NCBI GenBank assembly: GCA_041912555.1 | Contig: JAYRMU010000032.1 | Span: 45,614-109,613, forward strand | Length of the DNA: 64,000 nucleotides | Reading direction: 5' to 3' | Source of the DNA: Thermoanaerobaculia bacterium | GTDB taxonomy: Bacteria > Acidobacteriota > Thermoanaerobaculia > UBA5066 > Gp7-AA6 | Shown here: one piece after another, positions 1 through 10,600 of the stretch | Position numbering within the stretch: the stretch's first letter is position 1 | Layout of the letters: each line of letters begins with the position of its first letter | Position numbers and translations under genes: made by a program | The notes under the pieces: generated by a model | The model's input: only the letters and a program-made list of their open reading frames with translations | What the model was told of the DNA's origin: nothing | Database searches by the model: none

Positions 1-68
1 CCCGGGAGCGAAACCTTCGAGCGAGGCTTTCGTTCCACCCTCGGAACCAGAACGAGGCGGGAGGACGA

Positions 69-1178
69 ATGAGGCCGACGAGGATTTCGAGACTCTTCTT
101 CGCGGCGGCCGCGGCGGCCGCGGCGTTCGCGCTCGGCGCGGCGCGGGCGGCGGCGGACTTTCCGGGCGAGCGGGCGTTTCAGACGGTGGAGGTGGGTCCG
201 GGGGTTTACGCGTTCGTCTCGCCCGAGACGGACGGGCCGATCCCGAGCGGCAACGTCGTCGCGGTCATCGGCGACGACGGCGTCCTCGTGGTGGACTCCG
301 GCCGGTTCCCTACCCTGGCGCGCCGGATGGTCGCCGAGATCCGGAGGAAGACCGACAAGCCGATCCGGTATCTCGTGCACACCCACTGGCACCTCGACCA
401 CATGGCCGCGGCCTCGGTCTTCCGCGAGGCCTTTCCCGATCTGACGGTCGTCTCGACCCCGTTCACCCGGCGCAAGATCGTGGAGAAGCAGATCCCGTAT
501 CTCGCGGACCTGGTCAAGACCGACGAGGGCTACGTCGCGTACCTCGAGGGGGTCGTGGCGAAGGGGACCCGGCGCGACGGCTCGCCGATGTCCGACGACC
601 TCAAGCGCTACCTCTCGGGCCAGGTGGCCGACATCCGGCTCGAGATGGCGGAGCTCGCCGCGGCGCGCGTCGTGACGCCGAACCTGACCTTCTCGCGGGA
701 GCTCACGCTCTACCTCGGCAGGCGCGAGGTCCGCGTCGCCTTCCTCGGCGAGGGCAACACGGAGGGGGACACCGTCGTGATCGTCCCGGACGCGAAGGTC
801 GTCGCCACCGGCGACCTGCTCGTCAGCCCCAGCCCGTACGGCTACGGGTCCCACCCCGCCGCGTGGATCCGGACCCTCGACGCGCTCATGGCGATCGACG
901 CCGCCGCGATCGTGCCGGGACACGGGCCGGTCCAGCGGGACTGGAGCTACGCGAAGAAGGTCTCCGCGCTGCTCGTCGAGCTGCGCCGGCAGGTGGCCGC
1001 GCAGGTCGCGCAGGGCGCGACCCTCGAGCAGACCCAGGAGCGCGTGGACCTCTCGGCCTTCCGGAAGGCGTTCGCGGGCGACCACTTCGAGCGGGGAGCC
1101 GCCTTCGACGACTACTTCGTGCGCTCGGCCGTGGACCGGGCGTACCAGGAAGCGAAAGGGACGCTCGCGGAAGAGTGA
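69..1178 (+). CDS. Secreted MBL-fold metallo-hydrolase
   Basis: Signal peptide; HxHxDH motif (HTHWHLDH); GHT-like GNT, GDLL and PGHG motifs; GGAGGA RBS. Confidence 0.85.
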   Translation: MRPTRISRLFFAAAAAAAAFALGAARAAADFPGERAFQTVEVGPGVYAFVSPETDGPIPSGNVVAVIGDDGVLVVDSGRFPTLARRMVAEIRRKTDKPIRYLVHTHWHLDHMAAASVFREAFPDLTVVSTPFTRRKIVEKQIPYLADLVKTDEGYVAYLEGVVAKGTRRDGSPMSDDLKRYLSGQVADIRLEMAELAAARVVTPNLTFSRELTLYLGRREVRVAFLGEGNTEGDTVVIVPDAKVVATGDLLVSPSPYGYGSHPAAWIRTLDALMAIDAAAIVPGHGPVQRDWSYAKKVSALLVELRRQVAAQVAQGATLEQTQERVDLSAFRKAFAGDHFERGAAFDDYFVRSAVDRAYQEAKGTLAEE

Positions 1179-1193
1179 GGGCCGGCCCCGGCG

Positions 1194-3038
1194 TCACCGG
1201 AGCAGCGCCGCCAGCCTCGACTCGACGTCGGCGTGGAGCGAGGGCGGGGCGCCGTAGAAGGAGCCCGCCGCGCGGCCGTCCGGGGCGAAGAGGAGCAGGG
1301 TCGGGACCGAGGTCACGTCGCCGAGGGAGCGGATCAGCTCCGGCGTTCCCATCGTCCAGACGAGGGGCAGCCCGAGCTCGGCGGCGATCGTGCGCACGGC
1401 CGTCTCCTCGGAGTGGACGGCGACCGCGACGACGGCGAGGCGGTCCCCGTACTGCTTCCGGAGCCCGCCGAGCCACCCGAGGGAGCCGCGGCAGGGCGGG
1501 CACCAGGTCGCCCACATCTCGACGATGACGGCGCGGCCCGCGAGGTCGGCGCGCGAGAGGGGCTTGCCGGCGAGGTCCGTGATCGCGAGCTCCGGCAGCT
1601 GCGGGACCGGCTCGGCCTTCGCGGGAGCGGCCACGGCGCGCGCCGCGTCCTTGCGGCCCGCCAGGATGAGCTCGATCATCCGCGTGAGGTCGGCGCGAAG
1701 GCGGTCGTGGCTCTGCGCGGTCCTGAAGGGGATGTAGCGCCCGGTGGCCTTCTCGTCGGAATTGTAGAAGTCGCGCGGCGTCGCGACGAGGATGTCGTCC
1801 ACGAAGAGCGCGGGGTAGAAGGTCACGCCGAACTGACGCGCGAGCTGCGAGTCGCCGTAGTTCTCGGACACGAACCGGGCCCGCCCCCCGAAGTCCCGCA
1901 CGACGCTCTGTGCCAGCAAACTTGCCGGGTCGGAGATGTTTCAGGTGTAGGGCCAGCGCACGAGGGTGACGGTCACCTCGGGCGCGGGCCGGGGCGGGGC
2001 CGGCCTGGCCGGCTCGAGCGCCGCAAAGTAGCGGGGCAGGACGTCGGTCGCGACGGCTTCCGCGGAGACCGGGGCCTCGGGCGGCTTCGTCCCGGCGACG
2101 TCGGCCTGGGCGACCTGGAGGTAGAGCGCGCCGATCGAGTTGTCCACGCTTCCCGACGCGAGGCGCGCCTCGAGGCCGGCGAGCCGGGAGGCCAGCGCCG
2201 CCGCGTCGGGGGCCTTCGCCGGCGCGCGGAGGACGTCGAGGCGCAGGGCCGCCTGGAGGTACTTGTAGAGGGCGCCGTACCGGAGGCCCGCGGCGTCGAG
2301 CTCCCGCGCCTCCTTGAGCGCGGAGCTCGCTCCGATGAAGGCCGCGTGCTTGTCGATCGAGGCCGGAGGCCGGTAGGCCGCGAGCATCTCGTCCTCGAGG
2401 CCGTCGAGCTCGGCGGAGAGCGGGCGCAGGACCGGCGGCGTCTTGCCCGTCGGCTCGGAGAGCGCGCGCGTCTGGGCCGCGAAGTCGCGCTGCGCCTGGG
2501 CGGCGCCGACGTAGTAGAGCCCGTACCACGCCATCGTGTTCTGCCCGTACTCGAGCCCCGTCTCGTAGAAGCCGCGGATCTGGAGGAGCGCCGTTTCGCC
2601 GAAGGCGCGCAGGGCCGCCGGCGTGACGCCCGAGAGGACCGACGGAGCGGGCGGAGCGAGGTCCGCGGCGAGGACCTTTCCCATCCGCTCCCACTCGGCC
2701 TGGAACGCGGCCGGGTCCTTCAGCGTCGCGGGCGGGCGCGCCTCGAGGTAGACCTCGGCCCCGAGGTTGGCGATCGCGAGCGAAAAGCGCTGCATCGCCA
2801 GCAGGCGGCGCCCGTCGCGCAGCGCCTGCGAGGCGCCCTCGAGCACGGGCTGGACCGCCTCCTTCACCTGGGCCCACATCGGATCGGTGGACCGGTTGTC
2901 GCGCACGTACGCCGACCACCGTGCGATCTCCGTGGCGAGCAGGTCTTCGCCCTTCGGCGATCCGGCGGCGGCGCCGAACGCGGCGAGGCCGAGCAGGAGG
3001 GCGGCGGCGGGAGCCAGGAGTCGGCGCGGGTGTTTCAC
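1194..3038 (-). CDS. Putative exported selenoprotein: helical N-domain + thioredoxin-fold UxxS domain + TlpA-like CPPC domain (614 aa if TGA at 1943-1941 is Sec)
   Basis: ORFs 1941-3038 and 1194-1919 are in frame, 7 sense codons apart; readthrough gives VTVTLVRWPYT-U-NISDPASLLAQSVVRDFGGRARFVSENYGDSQLARQFGVTFYPALFVDD (Trx fold with cis-Pro YP); C-terminal WATWCPPC; hairpin 3' of TGA. Confidence 0.75.
1906..1940 (-). promoter_or_regulatory. Candidate bacterial SECIS element
   Basis: CCGGCA-[AGUU]-UGCUGG 6-bp stem (1928-1913), loop starts 18 nt after UGA with GU at loop positions 2-3; lower CUC/GAG pairing; encoded by rare codons GCA AGT TTG. Confidence 0.65.
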
Positions 3039-3117
3039 CGCACGGAGCTACGGGCGAGGCGGCGGAGTGTTTCACGCGTTCGTCACACGGAACCGGCCGT
3101 TCGTCCCGCGCGGCCCG

Positions 3118-3156
3118 AAAAAAACGGCCCGGGCCCCGTCGGGAAGGCCCGGGCCG
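3118..3156 (-). terminator. Intrinsic terminator of the Spy/CpxP-like gene
   Basis: CGGCCCGGGCC/GGCCCGGGCCG 11-bp stem followed by T7 on the minus strand. Confidence 0.8.
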
Positions 3157-3180
3157 CGCGTGAAGGGACGGCCGTCGGAG

Positions 3181-3636
3181 CTACTGGGCGGGGGGCAGAG
3201 CCGGGTGGGCGTGCGCCGCCTTGATCGCGGCGGTGCAGGCGGCGAACGCCTGCTGCTGCTCGGCCGACAGCTGCGCCATGACCTGGTCGTGGGTCGCCTG
3301 CATGTCGCTCTTGAGCTTCGCGTGCGCCGCGTTCTGATCGAGCGCGTCCTGCCCGAGGACGGCCTTGTCCGCGCCCGCGGCGATGTCGGCGTCCATCTTC
3401 CGGTGAAGCGCCTTCAGCGCCTCGCCGTCGGCCGCCAGGGTGGCGTGGCCCTCCTGGAGGGTCGACTGGATCGCCGCGTGCTGGTCCGCGGGAAGGTCGA
3501 GGGACGAGAGGCATCTCTGCATGTGGAAGCCGCCGGGCCCCGGATGGCCGTGCGGGCCGCCGTCGCCGGCGCGCGCCGTCGCGGCCGCGGCGAGGGCGAG
3601 GACGATGAGGGGAAGCGAGCCGTGAAACCGTTTCAT
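3181..3636 (-). CDS. Spy/CpxP-family periplasmic protein
   Basis: Signal peptide, G/H-rich linker, LDLPADQ and QLSAEQQ LTxxQ-like motifs; AAGGAG RBS. Confidence 0.7.
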   Translation of the reverse strand: MKRFHGSLPLIVLALAAAATARAGDGGPHGHPGPGGFHMQRCLSSLDLPADQHAAIQSTLQEGHATLAADGEALKALHRKMDADIAAGADKAVLGQDALDQNAAHAKLKSDMQATHDQVMAQLSAEQQQAFAACTAAIKAAHAHPALPPAQ

Positions 3637-3833
3637 GGGACTTGTCTCCTTTATAGAGGCCTCGAAACCCGCCGGTCGGGTGCCTTCTCCGACATCTGGA
3701 ACAACGGGAATGGGGGTGCCGCGGTTACATCCGCCACCCGGAGCGCGGGCGGAACTTTCGGGCGCCGGGGGCGTCCCTAGCTTCAGGCGGCCGGGTTCAC
3801 GACGGAGTCCCGGCCCCGGAGACCGGGGGGGCC

Positions 3834-6284
3834 ATGGAAATCTTCCTCCAGGACGTGCGGTATGCCCTGCGCGGGATGCGCCGGGCGCCCGGCTTCACGG
3901 CCGCGGCCGTCCTGACGCTCGCGCTCGGGATGGGAGCCACGACGGCGATCTTCTCCGTCGTCCGCGCGGTCCTGCTCTCGCCGCTCCCGTACGCGGAGCC
4001 GGAGCGGCGCGTCATGATCTGGAGCCGCTGGAACGCGTTCGACAAGACCTGGGTCGCCGACGGCGAGGTGATGGACTACCGGCGGCTTCCCGCCTTCGAG
4101 AGCGTGGCGGCGTGGGGAACCGAGGAGGCGAACCTGACCGGCGGCGGCGCCGAGGCGGTCCGCGTCGGGATCGCCACCGTCACCGCGAATACCTTCGCGA
4201 CACTCGGCGCGAGGCCCGCGGCGGGCCGCGCGTTCACCGAGGACGAGGACCGTCCCGGCGGCCCGCCCGTCGCCGTGCTGAGCTACGGGCTCTGGCAGAA
4301 CCGGTTCGGCGGCGATCCCGCGGCGATCGGTCAGTCGATCGAGCTCGACGGCGTCGCGCGCCGGATCGTCGGCGTCATGCCGCGGGGGTTCGCGTTGCCG
4401 ACCGACTACACCGTCAGCGCCGCGGAGCCCTCGCAGGTGTGGATTCCGGTCCAGTTCGATCCGAAGGAGGCCACGCACGGCAACCACGGCTACTACGCCG
4501 CCGCGACGCTCGCCCGCGGGGCGACGGCCGCGCGAGCCACCGCGGAGCTGCGGTCCCTGGCCGCCGCGCTCACGCGCCAGGGCGTGTATCCGGCCGAGAT
4601 GCGCTTCGAGCCGTTCGCGGTTCCCGTGGACGAGGAGATCCGCGGGGGCGCCCGCCGGGCGCTCGGGCTCGTGTTCGGCGCGGTGTTCTTCCTCCTCCTC
4701 ATGGCGTGCGCCAACGTCGCGAACCTCCTGCTCGCGAGGGCCGAGGGCCGACAGCGCGAGATCTCCGTGCGCGCCGCGATCGGGGCCGGCAGGGCGCGCC
4801 TGACGCGCCAGCTGCTGACCGAGAGCTTCGTCCTCGCCGTGGCGGGCGGGGCCCTCGGGCTGGTGTTCGCCTGGGCGGGCGTCCGGGTCCTCGCGGCGCG
4901 CGGGGCGGCGGGGCTTCCGGCGCTCGCGCCGCTCGGGCTGGAGCCGCGGATGCTGCTCTTCGCCGGCGCCCTGTCGATCCTGACCACGGTGCTCTTCGGG
5001 TTCGCGCCGGCCCTGCAGACGCTGCGCCTGAACCTGGCCGGATCGCTCAAGGACAGCGCGGCCAGCACTTCCTCGGGCCTGCGCCGGCAGGGGCTGCGGG
5101 GCGCGCTCGCCGCGGCGCAGATGGCCCTGGCCGTCGTGCTGCTTCTCGGCGCGGGCCTGATGCTGCGCAGCCTCGACGCCCTCACGCACGTGGACCTCGG
5201 CTTCGAGCCCGAGCACGTCCTCACGGTCCAGGTCCGGCCGCCCGAGACGGCCTACCCGACCCCCGAGTCCGTCGTCGCCTTCTACCGCAGCGTCCTCGAG
5301 CGCGTCCGGGCCCTTCCGGGCGTTCGCGCGGCCGGGATCATCCGCTCGCTGCCCCTCGCCGCCGAGATCGGCGACTGGGGCCTGGAGGTCGAGGGGTACG
5401 TGCCGCCGCCGGGGACGCACGCCAAGGGGGATTGGCAGGTCGCCTCGGACGGAGCGTTCGAGGCCCTGGGCGAGCGGCTCGTCGCCGGGCGCCCCCTCGC
5501 CCCCTCGGACACCGCAGAGGCGATGCCCGTCGCGCTCGTCAACCAGACGCTCGCGCGGACCTACTGGCCGGGACAGGATCCCATCGGAAGACGCCTGCGG
5601 ATGGGATCGAAGTCCGGGCGCGCCTGGATGACCGTCGTCGGGCTCGTGAAGGACGAGCGCCACAACGGCGTCACCGCCGCGATCAAGGAGAAGTTCTACG
5701 TTCCCTACGCGCAGTTCCCCAAGGCGCACGAAGGGGACGCGGCCCGTTCCATGACGATCGTGGTCCGCGCGGCCGGCGACCCGATGGCGCTCGTCGCGCC
5801 GATCCGCGCCGAGGTCCGGCGCATCGATCCGAGCCTGCCGATCGCCAACGCGAGGCCGATGACGCAGGTCGTGGACGCCTCGCTCGCCACGCCGCGGCTG
5901 ACCGGGTCTCTCTTCTCGATCTTCGCGGGGCTCGCGCTGCTGCTCGCCGGCGTCGGCGTCGCGGGCGTGCTGTCGTACCTCGTGAGCCGCCGGCGCCGCG
6001 AGATCGGGATCCGGCTGGCCCTCGGGGCGTCGCGGGCGAACGTGCTCGGCCTCGTCGTGCGGCGGGGCGTGGCGTACGCGGGCGCGGGGATCCTGGCCGG
6101 GGGCGTCGCCGCGCTCTTCCTCACGCGGGCGCTCGAGGGCCTGCTCTACGGCGTGGCGCCCCGCGATCCGGCGACGTTCGCCGCGGTCGCGGCGATCCTC
6201 TTCGCGATCGCGGCGGCGGCGAGCGCGGTGCCCGCCCTCCGCGCCTCGCGCGTCGACCCGCTGGAGGCGCTGCGCTCGGAGTAG
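3834..6284 (+). CDS. ADOP-type duplicated ABC permease (MacB/FtsX domains)
   Basis: QDVRYALRGMRRAPGF N-terminus; ACANVANLLLARA..R.REI and RRREIGIRLALGA repeats; RVDPLEALRSE end. Confidence 0.92.
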   Translation: MEIFLQDVRYALRGMRRAPGFTAAAVLTLALGMGATTAIFSVVRAVLLSPLPYAEPERRVMIWSRWNAFDKTWVADGEVMDYRRLPAFESVAAWGTEEANLTGGGAEAVRVGIATVTANTFATLGARPAAGRAFTEDEDRPGGPPVAVLSYGLWQNRFGGDPAAIGQSIELDGVARRIVGVMPRGFALPTDYTVSAAEPSQVWIPVQFDPKEATHGNHGYYAAATLARGATAARATAELRSLAAALTRQGVYPAEMRFEPFAVPVDEEIRGGARRALGLVFGAVFFLLLMACANVANLLLARAEGRQREISVRAAIGAGRARLTRQLLTESFVLAVAGGALGLVFAWAGVRVLAARGAAGLPALAPLGLEPRMLLFAGALSILTTVLFGFAPALQTLRLNLAGSLKDSAASTSSGLRRQGLRGALAAAQMALAVVLLLGAGLMLRSLDALTHVDLGFEPEHVLTVQVRPPETAYPTPESVVAFYRSVLERVRALPGVRAAGIIRSLPLAAEIGDWGLEVEGYVPPPGTHAKGDWQVASDGAFEALGERLVAGRPLAPSDTAEAMPVALVNQTLARTYWPGQDPIGRRLRMGSKSGRAWMTVVGLVKDERHNGVTAAIKEKFYVPYAQFPKAHEGDAARSMTIVVRAAGDPMALVAPIRAEVRRIDPSLPIANARPMTQVVDASLATPRLTGSLFSIFAGLALLLAGVGVAGVLSYLVSRRRREIGIRLALGASRANVLGLVVRRGVAYAGAGILAGGVAALFLTRALEGLLYGVAPRDPATFAAVAAILFAIAAAASAVPALRASRVDPLEALRSE

Positions 6285-6297
6285 AACGCGGCGGGGG

Positions 6298-6726
6298 TCA
6301 GGGCCGCCGGAAACGCCGGGGCTTTGCCATCGACGCCCACGAGGCCCAGACGAACCCCGCGGCGGTGAGCGCGGCGAGCGCGATCTTCGAGTAGTCGACG
6401 ACGGGGCGGACGCGGACGCCCTCGGGCGACGCGACGACGACGGCGACGCTGCGCGCGAGCGCGCTCCCTCCGCCGCCGCCTCCTCCTCCGGCCCCGCGCC
6501 GCGGAGCGCCCGACGCGTCCGGGCGGACGCCGGCGCCCGAGCCCATCCCGAACCCCGCGACGGCCAGGATCTCGGCCGCGGGGAGCAGGAGCGTTTCGCC
6601 GTGGCGGATCGGCGCGCCGAAGACCTTCGAGACGTCGGCGGCGGCGATCAGCGCCTCCATCACTCCGGCCGCCCGGTCTCCGGCGGCGTTTTCCGTGGCG
6701 GGTCCCTTCCCTTCGTCGTCGGCCAT
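6298..6726 (-). CDS. YtfJ/GerW-family protein
   Basis: ATG 6726 with GGAGGT RBS; VFGAPI..G, GFGMGSG, GGGGGG, VAVVV..EGVRVRPVVD motifs, C-terminal TM helix. Confidence 0.75.
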   Translation of the reverse strand: MADDEGKGPATENAAGDRAAGVMEALIAAADVSKVFGAPIRHGETLLLPAAEILAVAGFGMGSGAGVRPDASGAPRRGAGGGGGGGGSALARSVAVVVASPEGVRVRPVVDYSKIALAALTAAGFVWASWASMAKPRRFRRP

Positions 6727-6728
6727 GC

Positions 6729-7007
6729 TCACCTCCGGGGGGCGCGGCGCCGCCGGCTTCCGCGCCCCCTCAGGAGGAGGGCGGCGACGAGGCCGGCGGC
6801 GAGGATTCCGAGCTGGAGCCTTCGGGTGACGTCGCGGACGCGCACCAGTCGCGTCGTGGCGCCCTCCGCGACGAGGACGCCCCAGGGCCGGCTCCACGCG
6901 AGCGCCACGCCGGCGCGGGACGAGCCCAGCCGCGTGCTCCGCGCGAGGGGGACGAGGACCCGGCAGCCCGCCGCGAGGGCGTCGCCGGAGCGCGTCGAGA
7001 ACGTCAT
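6729..7007 (-). CDS. Small membrane protein, YtfJ-partner-like
   Basis: GGAGGG RBS; RP.GVLV.E..R...D + TM helix; stop 2 nt before the ytfJ-like start. Confidence 0.55.
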   Translation of the reverse strand: MTFSTRSGDALAAGCRVLVPLARSTRLGSSRAGVALAWSRPWGVLVAEGATTRLVRVRDVTRRLQLGILAAGLVAALLLRGRGSRRRRAPRR

Positions 7008-7042
7008 CGCCCTCCACGCTATCCCAGCGCGAGGCCGCCGCG

Positions 7043-7079
7043 AAAAAAGAGCCGCGGCTTCCGTTCGGAGAGCCGCGGC
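7043..7079 (-). terminator. Intrinsic terminator
   Basis: GCCGCGGCT/AGCCGCGGC stem with minus-strand T-tract, downstream of the lipoprotein gene. Confidence 0.75.
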
Positions 7080-7121
7080 GAGGAGGAAGAGGGGCGGGGT
7101 CTGCGGGCCCGCCCGCTCCGG

Positions 7122-7445
7122 TCAGCGCGATCCGGTGTTGCTCGCCTTGCCCGTGGCCGCGACCGACGGCATGGAGCAGCGGTACGCGGTGCCCTTGTCG
7201 GCCTTGTCGCTGGCGACGAGCAGGGTGTTGCCGCCCTTGGCCTGCGCGGCGCGCGCGAGCTGCGTGGAGACGTCCGACTCGTCGAAGGTGCCCGCCTTCG
7301 CGGTGACGTCCGCGACCTTTTCGCAGGACGCGACGACCGAGGGATTCTTCGTGACGGCGACCGAGTCGAAGCTGTTCTGGCTGCAGCCGGCGGCGCCGAG
7401 CGCGAGCGATGCCGCGGCGAGGAGTCCGATCGAGAGCTTCTTCAC
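7122..7445 (-). CDS. Small lipoprotein (DUF4156-like)
   Basis: GGAGG RBS, lipobox AAGC, C..V..V and A...GGNTL..YRC pattern. Confidence 0.7.
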   Translation of the reverse strand: MKKLSIGLLAAASLALGAAGCSQNSFDSVAVTKNPSVVASCEKVADVTAKAGTFDESDVSTQLARAAQAKGGNTLLVASDKADKGTAYRCSMPSVAATGKASNTGSR

Positions 7446-7606
7446 GTGTGACCTCCAGTTTGAAAAGTTCGGCGGCCTTTCGCCGACACGAGATAAGACG
7501 TCGAAAACGGCCGAGGGTTTCTGGAATCAACCCGAATTTAAGGATGCGACGCGTTGGCACAGAACGGACGCGCGGAGCATTCTGCGGCGCGATGTCACAC
7601 GGCCCG

Positions 7607-7612
7607 TATAAT
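7607..7612 (+). promoter_or_regulatory. sigma70 -10 box
   Basis: Perfect TATAAT 28 nt upstream of TTG 7640; no clear -35. Confidence 0.5.
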
Positions 7613-7639
7613 TCCCGCTTTCTCGCGAGGAGGTGACGC

Positions 7640-10600
7640 TTGAGGAGCGCGCGTCGGTGTGCGGTGATCGCCGGGCTGGCGCTGGGTGCGGCGAGGATCC
7701 TCGCCGCGCAACCCTTCGACGCGGGGCTCTTCTCCGGAATGCGCTGGCGCATGGCCGGTCCGTTTCGCGGAGGACGCGTGCTCGCGGTCACGGGCGTGCC
7801 CGGACAGCCGAACCGGTTCTACTTCGGCGCCGTCGGCGGGGGCGTCTGGGAGACGGGCAACGCGGGCCGCACGTGGGAGCCGGTCTTCGACGCGCAGCCG
7901 GTCGCGTCGATCGGCGCGATCGCCGTCGCCCCCTCGGATCCGCGCGTCCTCTACGTCGGCTCGGGCGAAGCCGACATGCGCTCGGACATCTCGTACGGCA
8001 ACGGCGTGTACCGCTCGGGCGACGGCGGGAGGACGTGGACGCACGCGGGCCTCGAGGGCACCCGGCAGATCGGGCGCATCGTCGTCGATCCGCGCGACGC
8101 GAACCGCGTGTACGTGGCGGCGCTCGGCCACGCCTACGGGCCCAACCCGGAGCGCGGCGTGTATCGCTCGACCGACGGCGGCCGGACGTGGTCGCTCGTC
8201 CTCCACAAGAACGACGACACCGGGGCGATCGACCTCGCCCTCTCGCCCGGCAACGCGAGGACGATTCTCGCCGCCCTCTGGCAGACGCGCCGGCCGCCGT
8301 GGAACACCTACCCGCCCTCCAACGGTCCGGGCAGCGGGCTCTACCGCTCCGACGACGGCGGCGACACGTGGGCGCCGGTGGCCGGCGGGTTCCCGTCCGA
8401 GAAGCTCGGCCGGGTCGGGATCGCGTTCGCGCCGAGCGACCCCCGCCGCGTGTACGCGCTGGTGGACGCGAAGGACGGCGGGCTGTGGGCCTCGGCCGAC
8501 GGGGGAGCGACGTGGACGCGCGCGAGCGCGGATCCGCGGATCTGGGAGCGCGGCTGGTACTTCGGCGGCGTCACGGTGGACCCGAGGGACCCGAACACGG
8601 TCTACGCCTGCGACACCGCGATGTACCGCTCGACCGACGGAGGCCGGACGTTCCTTCCGGTCAAGGGCGCGCCCGGCGGCGACGACTACCACGAGCTGCG
8701 CATCGACCCGGCGGACCCGCGGCGGATGATCGTCGGCAGTGACCAGGGCGCCGTCGTCACCGTGGACGGCGGCAGGACGTGGAGCTCCTGGTACAACCAG
8801 CCGACCGCCCAGTTCTACCACGTGGCCACCGACGACCGGTTCCCGTACTGGATCTACGGGGCGCAGCAGGACAGCGGCGCGGCGGCGACGCCCTCGCGCA
8901 CCGACTACCCGTCGATCACGGCGCGCGACTGGCGGCCGATCTCCGTCGGCGGCGAGAACGGCTACATCGCGCCCGACGCGGGGAGCGGCGCCGCGATCGT
9001 CTACGGAGGATCGGTCGGCCGCTTCGACGCGCGGACGCTGCAGGAACTCGACGTGGACCCGACGCTGGCCTACCCCGGCGATTACCGGGGCGAATGGACG
9101 CTGCCGCTCGCGCAGTCGCCGCGGCCCCCGCACGCCCTCTACTTCGGCAACCAGTTCGTGTTCCGGACGACGGACGGCGGGGCGCACTGGGACAGGATCA
9201 GCCCCGACCTGACGCGCGAGGCGCCCGCCGTCCCGGCGACGCTCGATCCCGCGACGGCGGCCGACAGCGCCACGGCGGGACCGCGGCGCGGCGTCGTGTA
9301 CGCCATCGCCCCTTCCCCGCTGGTGGACGGGCTGCTCTGGTGCGGCACCGACGACGGGCTCGTGTGGCGGACCCGGGACGACGGCGCACACTGGGAGAAC
9401 GTCACTCCGCCGGCGCTGTCGGCGTGGTCGAAGGTCGGCGTCCTCGAGGCGTCGCGCTTCGACGCGGACACGGTGTACGCGGCGGTGGACCGTCACCGGC
9501 TCGACGACCTCGCGCCCTACGTCTACCGGACGCGCGACGCGGGGAAGACCTGGACGGCGATCGCGAGCGGGATCCCGGCCGGCAGCTTCGTCAACGTGGT
9601 GCGCGAGGACCCCGAGCGCCGCGGCCTGCTCTACGCCGGCACCGAGACGGGCGTCTTCGTGAGCTTCGACGACGGCGGCCACTGGCAGCCGCTCCAGGCC
9701 GGTCTCCCGAACTGCTCCGTGCGCGACCTCTCCGTGCGGCGGGGCGACCTCGTGGCCGGCACGCACGGGCGCTCGTTCTGGGTCCTCGACGACCTGTCGC
9801 CCCTGCGGCAGCTCGACGCGAAGATCGCGTCCACGCCGGCGTGGCTCTTCGCCCCGCGCGAAGCCGTGCGCCTGAACCCCGCGGGCTTCCAGGGGACGCC
9901 CGACCCGAAGGACGAGCCGTCGGCCGAGAACCCGCCGCGCGGAGCGGTCCTCGACTACGCGCTCGCGGCCGCGCCCGCGGCGCCGCTCGTCCTCGAGATC
10001 CTCGACGCGCGCGGCGAGGTCGTTCGCCGCTACGCGAGCGACGAGGCGGCGGAGCCGCCGGACACGCAGAAGATCCAGGTCACGGAGGACTGGGTCGCGG
10101 CGCCCGCGCCGCCCCCGGCGTCCGCCGGGATGCACCGGTTCGTCTGGGACCTGCACTACGCGGCCCCGCCGAACCTCTCGCGCTCGCGGCGCTCGCGCGG
10201 CGCGGGCGTCTGGGCGCCTCCCGGGCGCTACACCGTGCGCCTGTCCGCCGGAGGCCGCACGCTCACGCAGCCGCTCTCCGTCGTGAAGGACCCGAGGATC
10301 TCCGCGACCGACGAGGACCTCGTCCGCCAGTTCGAGCTCGCGCGCCGCGTCGAGGCGCTGCGCGTGAGGGTCGCGGCCGCGCTGGCGGAAGCGGCGGCCC
10401 TGCGCGCGCAGGCGGCGGCCCTCGCGCCGAAGGCGACGGGCGCAGCCGCGGCGGCCCTCGTCGAGCTCGCGCGGGCCCTCGAGCCGGTCGCCGGCCCGCC
10501 CGTCCGGCCCGAGGAGTTCTACAACCTCTCCGACGCGGCGCCCACGAGCCTGCTGCGCCTGACGGTGTCCCTGTCGCGGTTCCAGGGCGCGGTCGAGAGC

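Noticed and set aside
7555-7570. TGGCAC as a sigma54 -24 box
   Set aside because: The -12 position reads GGAC, not TTGC.
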